From the IMG/VR virus record IMGVR_UViG_3300036790_000408, positions 70,437 through 134,436 of that record: 64,000 nucleotides of DNA; one strand, 5' to 3'. The notes below the pieces were generated by a model, which saw nothing but the letters and a program-made list of their open reading frames with translations, was not told the DNA's origin and made no database searches. Each line of letters starts with the position of its first letter. Within the stretch, counting starts at the first letter, position 1. Of the stretch, positions 63,098-64,000 are shown one piece after another. This stretch comes from a virus. The translations under genes and the position numbers were made by a program.

Positions 63098-63339
63098 AGT
63101 TTCCTCTCGCTCAGATCGCCGCCCGGCTTGAAGCGCGCCGCCATTTCATCGAGCGCGTCGCACTCGGCAATCAGGCTGTTGATCGCCGCCTCGATCTTCT
63201 CAAACGGCAATTTCTTTTGGACCCACAGATCGTAATCCAGCGCCGTGACCACCACAGGATCACGTATCCAGTGACCGGGCGCCTTCGCCGTCGGGTTGGG
63301 GCGCTGGATGGAGATAAAGAGCTTGCGCTCGCTGGCCAA
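63094..63339 (-). CDS. Hypothetical protein
   Basis: Coupled. Confidence 0.5.
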   Translation of the reverse strand: MASERKLFISIQRPNPTAKAPGHWIRDPVVVTALDYDLWVQKKLPFEKIEAAINSLIAECDALDEMAARFKPGGDLSERKL

Positions 63340-63341
63340 AA

Positions 63342-63947
63342 TTATAGCCTCCGAAATATCGTCATGACACGAAACCGATGGTTCGTCGATTTTACGATGC
63401 CGATCACCGCATCGATAGCGAATGTGTCCTTGCGATACATCGGGAGCACCTGATCGAGCCAGACGACGTGAGCGCCAGGCGTCAATCGACCGAGCGCCTG
63501 CATCACTAGGTTCCGTTTCACCATGGTGGTCTTATAGCGCTCCGCATCCTCGACCGAGTAGGGTGGATCGCAGAGCACCAGATCGTACTGCTCCAGGGGC
63601 ACACTTTCCAACTTTTGCGCATCGTCGACATAGGTCGGCTCCAACTCCGGATTTATGTCCACCGTATCACCCGGTAGAACCTCAAGGTCCACCCTCCCGG
63701 AGAAGAGGTGCAGCACCCGGCTCTTGTCGGGGAACAGAGACTTGACTCGACGCAAGTACCCGGCCGGGTACCCACCGTAGAAGCCGCTCTTGACGCGATA
63801 GTCATTGCCCATGATCCAAGTGCCCACCACCCGGCCATCCTCAGCGATAAATAGCGACTGGGGGAATTTGGTCTGGCGCACATAGTTGTCGATCCGACGC
63901 TGCCAGGTCCACGCATGGACCTGGCATGCTCCGGTTTCATCGTCCAT
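63342..63947 (-). CDS. Small amino (N6A/N4C-type) DNA methyltransferase
   Basis: Motif I LHLFSG, DTVDI and motif IV LVLCDPPY. Confidence 0.75.
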   Translation of the reverse strand: MDDETGACQVHAWTWQRRIDNYVRQTKFPQSLFIAEDGRVVGTWIMGNDYRVKSGFYGGYPAGYLRRVKSLFPDKSRVLHLFSGRVDLEVLPGDTVDINPELEPTYVDDAQKLESVPLEQYDLVLCDPPYSVEDAERYKTTMVKRNLVMQALGRLTPGAHVVWLDQVLPMYRKDTFAIDAVIGIVKSTNHRFRVMTIFRRL

Positions 63948-64000
63948 TTATTTTCGCCTCATCTTTGGCCAGTATGGCCTCTCGCTCATCGGCTAACTGG

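Overview
The window is a GC-rich segment of a temperate-looking tailed-phage (Caudoviricetes) genome. The probable host is an alphaproteobacterium (inferred from the SSB, VirB and relaxase style). Left (1-11.7 kb, minus strand): a head/packaging operon with TerS, TerL, portal, prohead protease-scaffold, major capsid protein and virion genes. It also carries a TylF-type O-methyltransferase, a ParB-fused DNA methyltransferase with an altered catalytic motif, and a QueE homologue lacking all three Fe-S cysteines. Middle (12-35 kb): a serine resolvase, an RHH regulator, a complete virB1-B11 operon, a virD4 split into two ORFs, a MOBF relaxase-helicase, a candidate R388-like oriT/nic site and an stbABC/traKLM-like operon. 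Phage-type accessory genes are interleaved with this module. Right (35-64 kb): Lar-like, Mom-like, GIY-YIG and HAD genes; a 1530-aa beta-rich protein coupled to a TPR-glycosyltransferase; a ParB/MT-A70 methylase; Zn-module/HNH genes; an array of small genes punctuated by repeated promoters and several families of intergenic repeats; ssb; and a small DNA methylase. The main hypothesis is a conjugative phage-plasmid carrying both a virion head module and a self-transfer system. No replication initiator, integrase, lysis genes or recognisable tail module are visible in this window. All family assignments come from motif recognition by eye; no database searches were run.
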